Below, piece by piece: positions 23,041 through 32,662 of a stretch of 63,325 nucleotides of DNA. The position numbers were made by a program, and so were the translations under genes. The notes below the pieces were generated by a model. It did not search any database and was not told where the DNA came from. It saw only the letters and a program-made list of their open reading frames with translations. Every line of letters starts with the position of its first letter. The first letter of the stretch is position 1. Source of the DNA: Thermodesulfovibrionales bacterium (GTDB lineage: Bacteria; Nitrospirota; Thermodesulfovibrionia; Thermodesulfovibrionales; SM23-35); assembly GCA_963715195.1 (NCBI GenBank), contig CAVQRT010000035.1, positions 1-63,325 of the forward strand, read 5' to 3'.

Positions 23041-23874
23041 GAATAGAGACCTTTTTCTTGTAACCGCATGGACAATCAGGAATGTATTCCACTCTTTTTG
23101 TGTTCTTCCCCATGTACCATCTTTGTTTTGTTTTTCCTTTAAATAAACGAATGCCCGTTTCAATGATGCGTCTGATTGCTTAAAATTCAGATGACCAAGA
23201 GCATTGACTGTCTGGTAAAAAGGTATTTGCTTGGGCCAAGACCCATCCGTTCTCTGCATTTTTCCTAGTTTTGTTACATACATTCTGATTACTCTACTCT
23301 TTGCGTATTCCGGGTGTACAACAAATGCCCTCAGAATATTGTTGGAACAAGACCACGTACACCATTTGCCGTTTCTTTTTTCTCCGATGTTGCGGAGCAT
23401 TTCATATACGCGAATCACTCTTGAATCATTTCCCAAACCGAAAATAGTTGCAAGGAAAAGAGAAGCACCCTTTACGAAATGGTCAGGGCAACCAGCAGAA
23501 AAGGGAAGGCTATGCAGATTTCGGATAGAGACCCTTTCAGGCTGCACAAGTGATATCCTTCTTTCTTCGGTAAAGGCTTTCTGTGAAAGCAGCCAATCGA
23601 GACCTTTTTCAATCCGTACATCTTTATGCCTGATAGTAAGATGCAACCCAAATAACTTGTGAATGGTATGTATTATGGAGTCGTCCCATGAACCATCTGC
23701 AAGTTGTCCTGAAAACAAGGCACTGACTGTTTCACGAAAATCGTTTCTCCATCTAGGTGTCTCATGCTGCTGTAACCATTTTCGTCTTGCATAAAGAGCA
23801 GCCGGTGTCTTGCTGCAAAGGAAAATGTTCAGTGGATTATACTGTAAAAAGGGAAATAATGCTTTATGTTGCAT
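23011..23874 (-). CDS. Prenyltransferase/squalene-oxidase-repeat protein
   Basis: Three Q..DG.W (QW-like) repeats; likely start MQHK at 23874. Confidence 0.65.
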   Translation of the reverse strand: MQHKALFPFLQYNPLNIFLCSKTPAALYARRKWLQQHETPRWRNDFRETVSALFSGQLADGSWDDSIIHTIHKLFGLHLTIRHKDVRIEKGLDWLLSQKAFTEERRISLVQPERVSIRNLHSLPFSAGCPDHFVKGASLFLATIFGLGNDSRVIRVYEMLRNIGEKRNGKWCTWSCSNNILRAFVVHPEYAKSRVIRMYVTKLGKMQRTDGSWPKQIPFYQTVNALGHLNFKQSDASLKRAFVYLKEKQNKDGTWGRTQKEWNTFLIVHAVTRKRSLFSMEKKKKSP

Positions 23875-24262
23875 ATTGGAGACTAGCCTCAATTCGTTTG
23901 ATAGCGATCCAGCAGATAAAAAGATAGGGTAATGCGATAGAAGGAACTTCGAAGAATATATTACATTTGAATTCATCAACTGGCTCTATCCTGTGACCGG
24001 TTGCACGGATTCCCCAAATTTTCCATGACCAGTACCTTTGATCATCAAAATCAGTTATAACGAATGGCAGCCATATTCCGAAAAGTGTTTTTACCCTGCC
24101 GCGAGTTCCTTTTCTGATATATTTGTCAACAGAGTCGACAGCAATGATTGATGGTCCCCATTTCGGCCAGCGCGTTGTATCAGTTATGATGTCCCAAACA
24201 TCCTGAGAGGGCACATTGAGCGTCTCCCCTATCGCACTAAATGAAAAAGAAAACTTAATCAT
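23864..24262 (-). CDS. SRPBCC/polyketide-cyclase-like protein
   Basis: VWD..TDT..WP.WGPS; W.W…G..ATGHR.EP. Confidence 0.8.
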   Translation of the reverse strand: MIKFSFSFSAIGETLNVPSQDVWDIITDTTRWPKWGPSIIAVDSVDKYIRKGTRGRVKTLFGIWLPFVITDFDDQRYWSWKIWGIRATGHRIEPVDEFKCNIFFEVPSIALPYLFICWIAIKRIEASLQYAT

Positions 24263-24434
24263 AATGAATTATTAATATTATTCACATGAAATCGGCAGGC
24301 AGAAAAAACGCATATCCTCCGATAGAAAAACCTTGGCCTTATTAGTATTATGTAGTAGTATGTGTAGATTTTGACAGTAACTTAATTGTCAACTGATGCT
24401 AGCGCAGACGTTCTTCGCCTTTTATAACAAGCCA

Positions 24435-24616
24435 GTGAAACTCCCACGCGGCAAGCCGCGGGGCATCTAAGGCACAGCTTAAAGATGCTGTGCAGGCCAT
24501 GGGCATACCCAATGGCCTTTGAGGATAAGGGAGCCTTCGCGTCTCCCTTATAACCCTCTGCGAAAGGCATGCATTCATCCCCGTGTCAAGACACGGGGCA
24601 TTCTGCAAAGGCCTTC
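24435..24616 (-). mobile_element. Non-autonomous IS200/IS605-family element (PATE/MITE-like), 182 bp
   Basis: Subterminal hairpins at both ends, insertion 3' of TTAC, right end TCAC, no target duplication; its removal restores …GFVY|WLVIKGEERLR* of the globin gene. Confidence 0.85.
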
Positions 24617-25477
24617 GTAAACAAAGCCAATCACTAAAATTGATGCGATTAGATAAACCATCATTTCGGATTGTTCATGTTTCATTGTTGCGATCATCGT
24701 CTCCCTGATTACCGTAACAAGTGCAACACTTACAAATATGCTAATGCGAAACTTTCCACCCTTGAGATGTGATATCTCCGTGTTCATAAGCTCTATCATG
24801 ACCCATATGATGAGGAGTGAACCAAGTGAGGTGATAATGCCCTTCTCAAGATCGCCCGTAAAAAGTTGTCGTACGTCGGAAATAAAAAGACCTATGGCAC
24901 CCACTGTCAGTCCTATCAACGCAAATACGAGAATGAGATTTGCACTCTGGAGGAATTTTTCTGAGAAATCTATCATCGTGTTTTTGATTCGATACATGGA
25001 AGAATAGCTTCGTATTTCTTCTTCAATATATGATGAGGTCATCACATCAAGATTGATATCGAGAATCTTATCAAAGACAAGAATGTCAGCAATTGTTTCC
25101 TCTTCATCATCTTTTGCTTCACAAATTATTTTGACACAGAGGGTCCTAATAATGTTCACAGCCCTGTTTAAATAGTGCGCATCAATCCCATTCTTGACAT
25201 GAACGATACCGATTCTTATTAATCTGTCATAATATGCATTATCATATTTTCCCTCAAACATCGCTAAAAACCATTTCTTCTGCGATTCGAATAAATGTAC
25301 ACGTCTTGTCTCTTCATTGAGGAGTCGCATACCTATTTTTGTGCTCATGATATAAGAACTAAGCGCACTAGCGACATCTTCGACATGCTCTGCCATAACA
25401 GACCTCAATTGAGCGAGTCTCCGTTCGTCATCTGCAGCAAAGCTATACCCTTCTTTAATTTCCTTGAATGATCTCAT
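24575..25477 (-). CDS. Protoglobin/globin-coupled sensor with PsiE-like TM domain (original stop at 24399 before the insertion)
   Basis: W…F.G.YD..Y..L.RIG..HV..G globin signature, K.LDINLD, followed by 4 TM helices. Confidence 0.85.
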   Translation of the reverse strand: MRSFKEIKEGYSFAADDERRLAQLRSVMAEHVEDVASALSSYIMSTKIGMRLLNEETRRVHLFESQKKWFLAMFEGKYDNAYYDRLIRIGIVHVKNGIDAHYLNRAVNIIRTLCVKIICEAKDDEEETIADILVFDKILDINLDVMTSSYIEEEIRSYSSMYRIKNTMIDFSEKFLQSANLILVFALIGLTVGAIGLFISDVRQLFTGDLEKGIITSLGSLLIIWVMIELMNTEISHLKGGKFRISIFVSVALVTVIRETMIATMKHEQSEMMVYLIASILVIGFVYEGLCRMPRVLTRG

Positions 25478-25803
25478 TTTTCACCTACTGTACTATCTTA
25501 TCCATACGTCTTATTAAACCACTTTTGAAGCACTTTTCACCTTAAAGGTATTTTCAGAGCCATACAAAACAATATAATCCTGCTGTTTGATTATAACAAA
25601 TGTGATATTAGAGAATTATTTTTTCCGATAAAAATCTGCACCTTTTTAATTAAAATATTTTAAAAGTTTTTACATGTGAAATATTGCCTGCAAAAGATAG
25701 CCCTTCCATACAATACTTCAGGAAAATATCATCCCGGCATATTTCCAAAAAACACACCCGGATACTCTGTATTTCACAAATCGCCAGGAGGCATAAAAAG
25801 ACG

Positions 25804-26727
25804 CTACCCTATCTTATCAATAATAAAAGAGGCAATGAGAATGAGTGAAGAAAGCATCTGGAACTGAATGGTCCCTGCCTGTGCAGAAATTATCGCGACC
25901 GGATCAGCGTGAGTCTTCCACATGTGTACTGTTGTTTTGATTGCAACCGGCACGGTCAGGAGAATAAGGAGAGACCACCGCGGGTAGATATCGTAAATGA
26001 TGAGGAAAAGGGCAGAGAGATAAAAGAGTATCATCAGGATTGCATATCCGTACCTGGCAGCGCCTGTGCCGATTCTCACCACAAGGTTCCTTTTGCCGGC
26101 ATCCCTGTCCGCTTCGTAGTCCGGAAATTCATTGATCCACAGAATATTTGCGACTGCAAACCCGTTGGGGACCCCGAGGAGGAGGAACTCCGGACTGAAC
26201 ATGCCGAAATTCACATAGCCGATTCCAAGTGTAATGAGGGGTCCGAACGAGAAAAAGATAATCAGCTCACCAAGGCCTCTTGACTGAAAAGAAAACGGCT
26301 TCAGAGAGTAGATGATGCCGCAAAGCCCTCCGGCAGTCCCGATGAGCACTACATGGGGACGGTCTGCAAAAAACAGCACTGCACCTGCGGCAGCCGCCAT
26401 TATAAAAAACACTACCGACATATGCAAAAATGCCCGTCTCGACAATATATGCTCAAGCCGGCTTCTGCTTCCACCGCTGAAAGGAGTGGCGAACCTGTTA
26501 ATCCTGTCACTTTCCTCCCAGTCAAAATAGTCATTCAGGGTATTTGCCCCGAGGTGGAGAAAGAAAACCCCGAGCACTCCTAAGAAGACGTTCAGGAAAA
26601 TAAATTCTGTGCCGTAGACACCGCACCACACAGCAGCGAGCACCGCCGGGAGCACGGAGGCTGATACAAAAGGAAGCCTGGTGCCGGCTATATAGGATTT
26701 TTTCTTCGAAAGACCCTGTGATGTCAT
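25804..26727 (-). CDS. menA: 1,4-dihydroxy-2-naphthoate prenyltransferase (UbiA family)
   Basis: N..NDYFD, PFSGGS, GLGE, NEFPDYEAD…GKRNLVVR. Confidence 0.8.
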   Translation of the reverse strand: MTSQGLSKKKSYIAGTRLPFVSASVLPAVLAAVWCGVYGTEFIFLNVFLGVLGVFFLHLGANTLNDYFDWEESDRINRFATPFSGGSRSRLEHILSRRAFLHMSVVFFIMAAAAGAVLFFADRPHVVLIGTAGGLCGIIYSLKPFSFQSRGLGELIIFFSFGPLITLGIGYVNFGMFSPEFLLLGVPNGFAVANILWINEFPDYEADRDAGKRNLVVRIGTGAARYGYAILMILFYLSALFLIIYDIYPRWSLLILLTVPVAIKTTVHMWKTHADPVAIISAQAGTIQFQMLSSLILIASFIIDKIG

Positions 26728-26964
26728 GGAATCCGCTCAGGCTTTGAAATTATAACAGAATGCACTATAAATCAGGCAATCTGCAATGTATGACCTCCCG
26801 ATGTCCCGCCCTCAACAAGGGCCTATAATGAATTCGGCTCTCACTATTTGGATAAAAAAGCATCTAAGGATTCTCAACCTATTGATTGCCACTCTTAAAC
26901 TGAAGTATACTTGCACAAAGGAACAGGGCACACAAAAATATCCCGCACATGGAAAGGAGGCTGT

Positions 26965-27516
26965 ATGGAAAAGTTCTTTCTCGAACAGAACAACACCGCA
27001 CTGTTAATCATAGACGTGCAGGAAAGACTCGCAAAGGTAATGAAAGTGAAGGAAACGGTCGTTGCAAACTGCGTACACCTTGTCGAGGTCGCAAAGACAT
27101 ACGATATGCCCGTGCTTGTCACCGAACAGTACCCCAAGGGCCTTGGACCAACGGTGGAGGAGATCAGGAGCGCGGTTCCCGGGTACAGGCCTGTTGAAAA
27201 ACTAACTTTCAGCTGCTGCGAGGAGCAGTCTTTTCTTGACGAGCTCAGGAGACTGAACAGAAAACACATTATTCTCACGGGGATGGAAACACACGTGTGC
27301 GTCCTGCAGACAGGGATTTCACTGCTCCGCAAAGGGTTCCATGTGCATCTCGTAAAAGACGCGGTATGCTCCCGTGCAAAAGAGAACTGGAAAACAGGCA
27401 TCGGATTTCTGCGTGACGCGGGGGCTGTCATCACCTGTACGGAAACCGTCTTGTTCCAGATACTGAAAATTGCGGGGACAGAAGAATTCAAGGCACTCTC
27501 AAGAAGAATTAAATAG
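26965..27516 (+). CDS. Isochorismatase-family hydrolase
   Basis: LLIIDVQERL, TEQYPKGLG, K..FSC, G.ETHVCVLQT; RBS AAGGAGG before ATG 26965. Confidence 0.9.
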   Translation: MEKFFLEQNNTALLIIDVQERLAKVMKVKETVVANCVHLVEVAKTYDMPVLVTEQYPKGLGPTVEEIRSAVPGYRPVEKLTFSCCEEQSFLDELRRLNRKHIILTGMETHVCVLQTGISLLRKGFHVHLVKDAVCSRAKENWKTGIGFLRDAGAVITCTETVLFQILKIAGTEEFKALSRRIK

Positions 27517-27713
27517 TCTTCCGGCATTTCCCCATTTGCAAATCCGTCTGATGACCAGAAGCTGGGGGAGCGAGAGCGGCATATGGTACAATTGAACTAT
27601 GCTGAAGGTTTCAGGGTCAGATTCTTTTTTTGATTTTATGGTCAAAGTCGAATAATCCCCGACTACCGGGGGTGAATCCCATCTTTTCTTGTGTATAAGG
27701 GAAATGTACGGGC

Positions 27714-28013
27714 ATGGAAAGCGAAAAGGGATACCTGGAGGAAATTGCTGAATTAATCAGGCTCTATGGTCTTGAACAAGATCCCGAGCACGTCATTATT
27801 CCGTATACAGACCACAGTGGCCGAAAGAAAAGATGTTATCTCTTAAAGAGACGCTTTATCAGAATTGTGTATTCTGAAGACCAGTTTGTCGACTATCCCC
27901 TGTCCGATGCAATAAAAGCAACCGTCAGGTACCCTGAACTTCCCCTGAGTGAGGCACTCTATAAAATATACGTTGATCCCGGCACTGATACATTCCTTCC
28001 TGACTCTCCATAA
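27714..28013 (+). CDS. Hypothetical protein
   Basis: 99-aa ORF with upstream AAGGGA; no recognised motif. Confidence 0.5.
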   Translation: MESEKGYLEEIAELIRLYGLEQDPEHVIIPYTDHSGRKKRCYLLKRRFIRIVYSEDQFVDYPLSDAIKATVRYPELPLSEALYKIYVDPGTDTFLPDSP

Positions 28014-28121
28014 CCTGCCAGGGGAAAAAGAAAATGCGGTGTCAGAAGCAGTGAGAGAACGGATGAGAATGCTCCCCCTGCTCCATTTTTCTGCACTCAT
28101 TTATTGCCACCGCAGGTTCAA

Positions 28122-28658
28122 TTACCAGAGAATTCCAAGGCCGAGTGTCACGACGTGATTGCCCGAGCTTGTGTCTGAGACGTCACTGAGCTCCATCTCT
28201 TCGAAGAACCACTCATACCGGTACGCCGTGAGCAGATATGTCTTTTCATGCAGAAAGACCTTGAACCCGATATTCGGGCCAGCCGTTCCGGTAGAGTCAT
28301 TGTCATTGTAAACAGCACCGATGAAGGCACCGAGAAATGGCTGGAACATATCGTCCTGGGACAATCCAAGAAAATGGTAATTCACAAAGGGAACAGTTGA
28401 TGCTGTCCAGGTATCGTCCCCCCCGTCTATAAAATTATAGTTTACCGACTGATTTACCCCAACTTCCAGCGGTTTTGTGACAAAATATCCATAAGACAGG
28501 CTCAGTGTGGCCGTACCAATATCAGTGTCCTGCGCATGGAAGAAACCTCCTGACAGCTGAATCGCATTATCCCCTGCAGATTGTGCTGCAAAGCAGTTTA
28601 TCCCAATAAATGCAATCAGAAAAAGAGTGACGCCCGCAGACATTATTATCTTCTTCAA
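28122..28658 (-). CDS. Small outer-membrane beta-barrel protein
   Basis: Signal peptide, alternating beta strands, C-terminal W; TTG start after AAGGAGG. Confidence 0.7.
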   Translation of the reverse strand: MKKIIMSAGVTLFLIAFIGINCFAAQSAGDNAIQLSGGFFHAQDTDIGTATLSLSYGYFVTKPLEVGVNQSVNYNFIDGGDDTWTASTVPFVNYHFLGLSQDDMFQPFLGAFIGAVYNDNDSTGTAGPNIGFKVFLHEKTYLLTAYRYEWFFEEMELSDVSDTSSGNHVVTLGLGILW

Positions 28659-28815
28659 CTCCGTCCCTCCTTTCATCCTGGTTTTATAGGAAACAAATTG
28701 ATATAGAATAATGTCTTTCCTGAAAAAATGCAAATGACTGAAACGGGGGCAAACTCATCTCAAAAAGCTCCCTGTAATACGCCCGGCAAGACACACTTGC
28801 AGGTATGTGCCGCAT

Positions 28816-31071
28816 TTATGTGGTAAGCGTACGATAGATCTCGGTAATCCTGTTCGGAAGCTTCCGTACATCGTCGAGAACAATATAACTTACTTCCCCG
28901 AACATATGCGGGAGGTATGACCGCGCCTCTTTATCAATGGTAATACAAAAAGGCTGAATCCTCTGCTCCTTGGCTTCGATAAGGGCCTTCCTTGTATCCT
29001 CGACCCCGTAGTCACCCCTGTAACTGTCGCGGTCCTCCGGATGACCATCACTCAGTGTCACAAGCAACTTTGTCTTCACATCAACTTTTTTAAGAATCTG
29101 TGTTGCATGCCGGATAGGAGGGCCCATGCGCGTATAGTCCTTCGGGACAATACCTGCAATTCGCCTCTTCACGGATATGTCGTATCCCTCATCAAATCCC
29201 TTCACCTTATAGAATTCGCACATGTTTCTTGTGACCCCGGAAAAACCGTAAATCGCATACCGGTCACCCAAAGCCTCGAGCGCCTCGCACATAAGTACGA
29301 GGGCCTCTTTCTCTGCCCTGTTCACCCACCCCTTGGTTGAACCACTCATGTCGAGGAGAAAAAGGGCACCGATACTCCTCTCCTGGCGGTCAAGTTTCGT
29401 AAAGAGGTTCTGGCTCGGGGAAAGTCCTGCCCTGGCGTCGGCAAAAGCCTCGACAATCGCATCGATATCTATATCGTCACCCTCTTTCTGACGCCTCATG
29501 ATGTTCAGCTCTTTCTTCAGGAGTTCGAACTTCCTCCTGAGTGTTGTGACGTACCCTCCATAGCGCTTCAGCGTCAGATCAACGAACGGCTCATCACCCG
29601 GATTTATTTCTTTCTCAAAAAGACTGCACCATCCCTTCTTGTAGTCATTTCTTCGGAAATCCCATTCATCATATCTTATGCCTCCCTCCTCACCTTCCTC
29701 TTCCTCTTCTTCAATGAGATCCTTCAATGAGAATATCACTTTCGAATCCAGTGAAGAACTCCCATCGAGAAGCATTCCGTCCGATACAATCCTGACTTCC
29801 TGAAGGATATCTTCTGTTTCCTGATCTACTTCGAAAAGCCTTCCTTTTACCAGAAGATACTTCGCGTCCTTTTTCGGCAATCTCTGTACCAGCGTTGATT
29901 TCCGGGATATCTTGTGCAGGAAAGGGTGCACTTCAGCATTTGGCATATTCACAAGTTTCGAGATAACGCTTTCAAGTCTCTTCTTCTTCTGTGCGGTCTT
30001 CTCTTTCAGGTGTGCGGACACTTTTTTCGGTTGTATCCTTCCCAGATATCCCATGTCCGTTCCGTGGTATTCACCTTTCAGCCCTTCTGCCAAGGAGTAA
30101 AGAGCACACAGGACATCCAGAATTTCCAATGTTTCCCCTGCCTTCCTTACCCTGTGAATCAAGGGAAGTGCTGCCTGAATAAACCTGGTATTCCCTCCCT
30201 TTGTACCACCGGTCAGAAATACCTGATAGAGGCCTTCAACTGCAGCTTGTTTTTCCGAAATTACGCAGAGCGAAGGCCTTTTCTCAAAGAAGCATTTTTT
30301 TATCACCTGTGCGTCTCTCATGAGACCCGACAGCTCCTGCTGAAGATGACGCTCCAGTCTGAATGCATCTATAACGGCGTAAAGATCTACCGCAAGGGCC
30401 TTATGCGCGAACGTGTGAAACAGGTCTGCGATATCAGGACGCGCCACGCGATCTTCTCCTATCACATTCCTCAGGTGCAAGGGATCAGGAGTGAGAGTTC
30501 CCCAGGCGATCCGGGCCCATTGGTAAACCGCCATTAACTTGTAAAGGACAAAATTATTATCCCGTTCCTTAAATTCATTCACATGGTGGGGCAAAAAAAT
30601 ACTCTCGGTATCGGTATAGGATTGATCATCAGGCACAATCCTCAGATGCATGCCTGAAATTCCACACAGGTAGGTTTCAAGAATCACGCTCACCGCCTGC
30701 AGAGAAAGGCCATCCTGTCTTTTGAACTTATTAAGCTCTTCCTCGTCAATCCTAGAAAGAAAACGGAAAAAGGCATCCATGCCCTGTGCTTCGAGAAGAT
30801 CAAAGGCATGGGTTATCCAGAGTTCCATCTCCTTGGGGGAGAGACTTTTTGATGCGGTATTGATCCTTCTGATAAGGTTAGGGACAAGGCCTGATGCTGA
30901 CTTTGAAAGCGAGGCACAAAGTGCGAGGGCCTTCAGACGGTAACGCTGGTCAAAAGCCCTGATGTCACGGGAGACCTTTTCCACCTCCTCGTCTTCGAAA
31001 AGGTCAAAGGTCAGGTTTTGAACAAGATCCTCCCATAGTTCTTCTTTTGCTCTTTTTGCTGCTGTCAGCAT
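28816..31071 (-). CDS. CbbO/NorD-family VWA-domain protein
   Basis: YDEWD, GD.ID.DA, MIDAS DMSGST, YTRMG..IRHA, LSDG.P.D, YG.EDTRKA. Confidence 0.9.
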   Translation of the reverse strand: MLTAAKRAKEELWEDLVQNLTFDLFEDEEVEKVSRDIRAFDQRYRLKALALCASLSKSASGLVPNLIRRINTASKSLSPKEMELWITHAFDLLEAQGMDAFFRFLSRIDEEELNKFKRQDGLSLQAVSVILETYLCGISGMHLRIVPDDQSYTDTESIFLPHHVNEFKERDNNFVLYKLMAVYQWARIAWGTLTPDPLHLRNVIGEDRVARPDIADLFHTFAHKALAVDLYAVIDAFRLERHLQQELSGLMRDAQVIKKCFFEKRPSLCVISEKQAAVEGLYQVFLTGGTKGGNTRFIQAALPLIHRVRKAGETLEILDVLCALYSLAEGLKGEYHGTDMGYLGRIQPKKVSAHLKEKTAQKKKRLESVISKLVNMPNAEVHPFLHKISRKSTLVQRLPKKDAKYLLVKGRLFEVDQETEDILQEVRIVSDGMLLDGSSSLDSKVIFSLKDLIEEEEEEGEEGGIRYDEWDFRRNDYKKGWCSLFEKEINPGDEPFVDLTLKRYGGYVTTLRRKFELLKKELNIMRRQKEGDDIDIDAIVEAFADARAGLSPSQNLFTKLDRQERSIGALFLLDMSGSTKGWVNRAEKEALVLMCEALEALGDRYAIYGFSGVTRNMCEFYKVKGFDEGYDISVKRRIAGIVPKDYTRMGPPIRHATQILKKVDVKTKLLVTLSDGHPEDRDSYRGDYGVEDTRKALIEAKEQRIQPFCITIDKEARSYLPHMFGEVSYIVLDDVRKLPNRITEIYRTLTT

Positions 31072-31092
31072 TGAGAATACCCGGCCTGGATC

Positions 31093-31905
31093 TCAGAAAA
31101 CGGAAACCACAATTTCAGAGAGTGCAACCAGCATTTCACGGTCATCGGTAAGGGGGGATGAAACAGCCACCTCGCAGGCTTTCTTCATATCAATCCCAGC
31201 ACTATTCATTTTTGCAGCGTGGATGAGCAGGCGAGTACTTGCCCCCTCTGTGAGACCCCTGTCCTTGAGGTTTCTCGTCTTCATTCCGAAATATACCAGT
31301 TTCTCTGCAAGATTCTCTTCGATTCCCGATTCATGGATGAGAATTTCTCTTTCAACCTCTTTTGAAGGATAGGAAAACTCTATTGCCATAAAACGCTGCC
31401 TTGTTGACTGCTTCAGATCCTTCAGTACGCTCTGGTATCCCGGGTTATATGATATTGCGAGCATAAACTCGGGGGCTGCCTTCAGTATCTGCCCCTTTTT
31501 CTCTATCGGGAGGATACGTCTGTCGTCTGCAAGTGGGTGAATTACAACGGTCGTATCCTTTCTCGCCTCGACAATTTCGTCAAGATAGCAGAATGCCCCT
31601 GCCTTCACAGCCTTTGTGAGTGGCCCGTCAACCCAGACCGTTTCCCCTCCCTTCACCAGATATCTTCCCACAAGGTCTGACGCGGTAAGGTCGTCATGAC
31701 AGGATACTGTGATCAGAGGCCGTTCCAGCTTCCATGCCATATATTGCATAAAACGTGTCTTCCCGCATCCGGTAGGCCCCTTCAGAAGAACAGGGATATG
31801 ATTTCTATAGGCAGATTCAAAAAGACTCACCTCATTTTCCACCTCACGGTAGTAAGGTTTCTCCGTAACGAGAAATTTTTCTGTTTTCTTGGCTTTTGTT
31901 TTCAT
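31093..31905 (-). CDS. CbbQ/NirQ/NorQ-family MoxR AAA+ ATPase
   Basis: [38 protein letters not shown]. Confidence 0.93.
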   Translation of the reverse strand: MKTKAKKTEKFLVTEKPYYREVENEVSLFESAYRNHIPVLLKGPTGCGKTRFMQYMAWKLERPLITVSCHDDLTASDLVGRYLVKGGETVWVDGPLTKAVKAGAFCYLDEIVEARKDTTVVIHPLADDRRILPIEKKGQILKAAPEFMLAISYNPGYQSVLKDLKQSTRQRFMAIEFSYPSKEVEREILIHESGIEENLAEKLVYFGMKTRNLKDRGLTEGASTRLLIHAAKMNSAGIDMKKACEVAVSSPLTDDREMLVALSEIVVSVF

Positions 31906-32038
31906 ATTATTTATTATAAATAATTTTATTATTATAGTAAATATATCTATGAGCGCACAAAGCTGTCACAGAACAATAATACTTTTAAATCAGGGTTTTA
32001 TGAAAATATAAATGGACTGCGCTCCAACTGGAGCGCAT

Positions 32039-32662
32039 CTACTGCAGATATCTGACCTTCTTCTCAACCGGCTGTTTTTGGGGGCCCTTTGACCGCCGTT
32101 CAGCATATCCCACAGGGATTACGGCCATGAACTCACCTTCCGGCTCACCGAGGAACTTGAGCACATCATCCTTGATCATGAAAAGAATCCCGAGCCATAC
32201 CGTTGCCAGACCGAGTGATGTCGCGGCAAGAAGCAGGTTTTCAACCGCTGCAGCAGAACTCTGTATTTCCATGGTCCGGAAAAAATCCCTCGCGAGTTCT
32301 TTCTCAACCTTGAAGAGTTTTGACCCATGCCCTATCAGTTCCCCTGTGTTTGCCACTGCAACCACGACCGGCGCACTCTGGATGCTTCTTGCCGCCATTC
32401 GCAGGAGCGTGGAAGACGGCTTGGGAAAGCCTGCGGACCTGGAGGTCACGAGTCGGGCAAGGTCCTTTTTTTTCTGTCCCCTGATCACGATGAACTTCCA
32501 GGACTGCTGGTTGTGCGCGGAAGGGGCCTGGTTTGCCGCATCAAGAAGCACATCAATGAGGTCTTCGGATATGTCCCTGTTCTGGAATTTCCTCACGCTG
32601 TGCCTGTCTCTTATTGTGGCCAACGTCTCAGTCAGCACAAAAGCACCATCCGGTGATTTCAC
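32039..32662 (-). CDS. Nitroreductase-family protein
   Basis: R.SVR.F, APSA.N.Q.W.F, ENLLLAATSLGL. Confidence 0.9.
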   Translation of the reverse strand: MKSPDGAFVLTETLATIRDRHSVRKFQNRDISEDLIDVLLDAANQAPSAHNQQSWKFIVIRGQKKKDLARLVTSRSAGFPKPSSTLLRMAARSIQSAPVVVAVANTGELIGHGSKLFKVEKELARDFFRTMEIQSSAAAVENLLLAATSLGLATVWLGILFMIKDDVLKFLGEPEGEFMAVIPVGYAERRSKGPQKQPVEKKVRYLQ

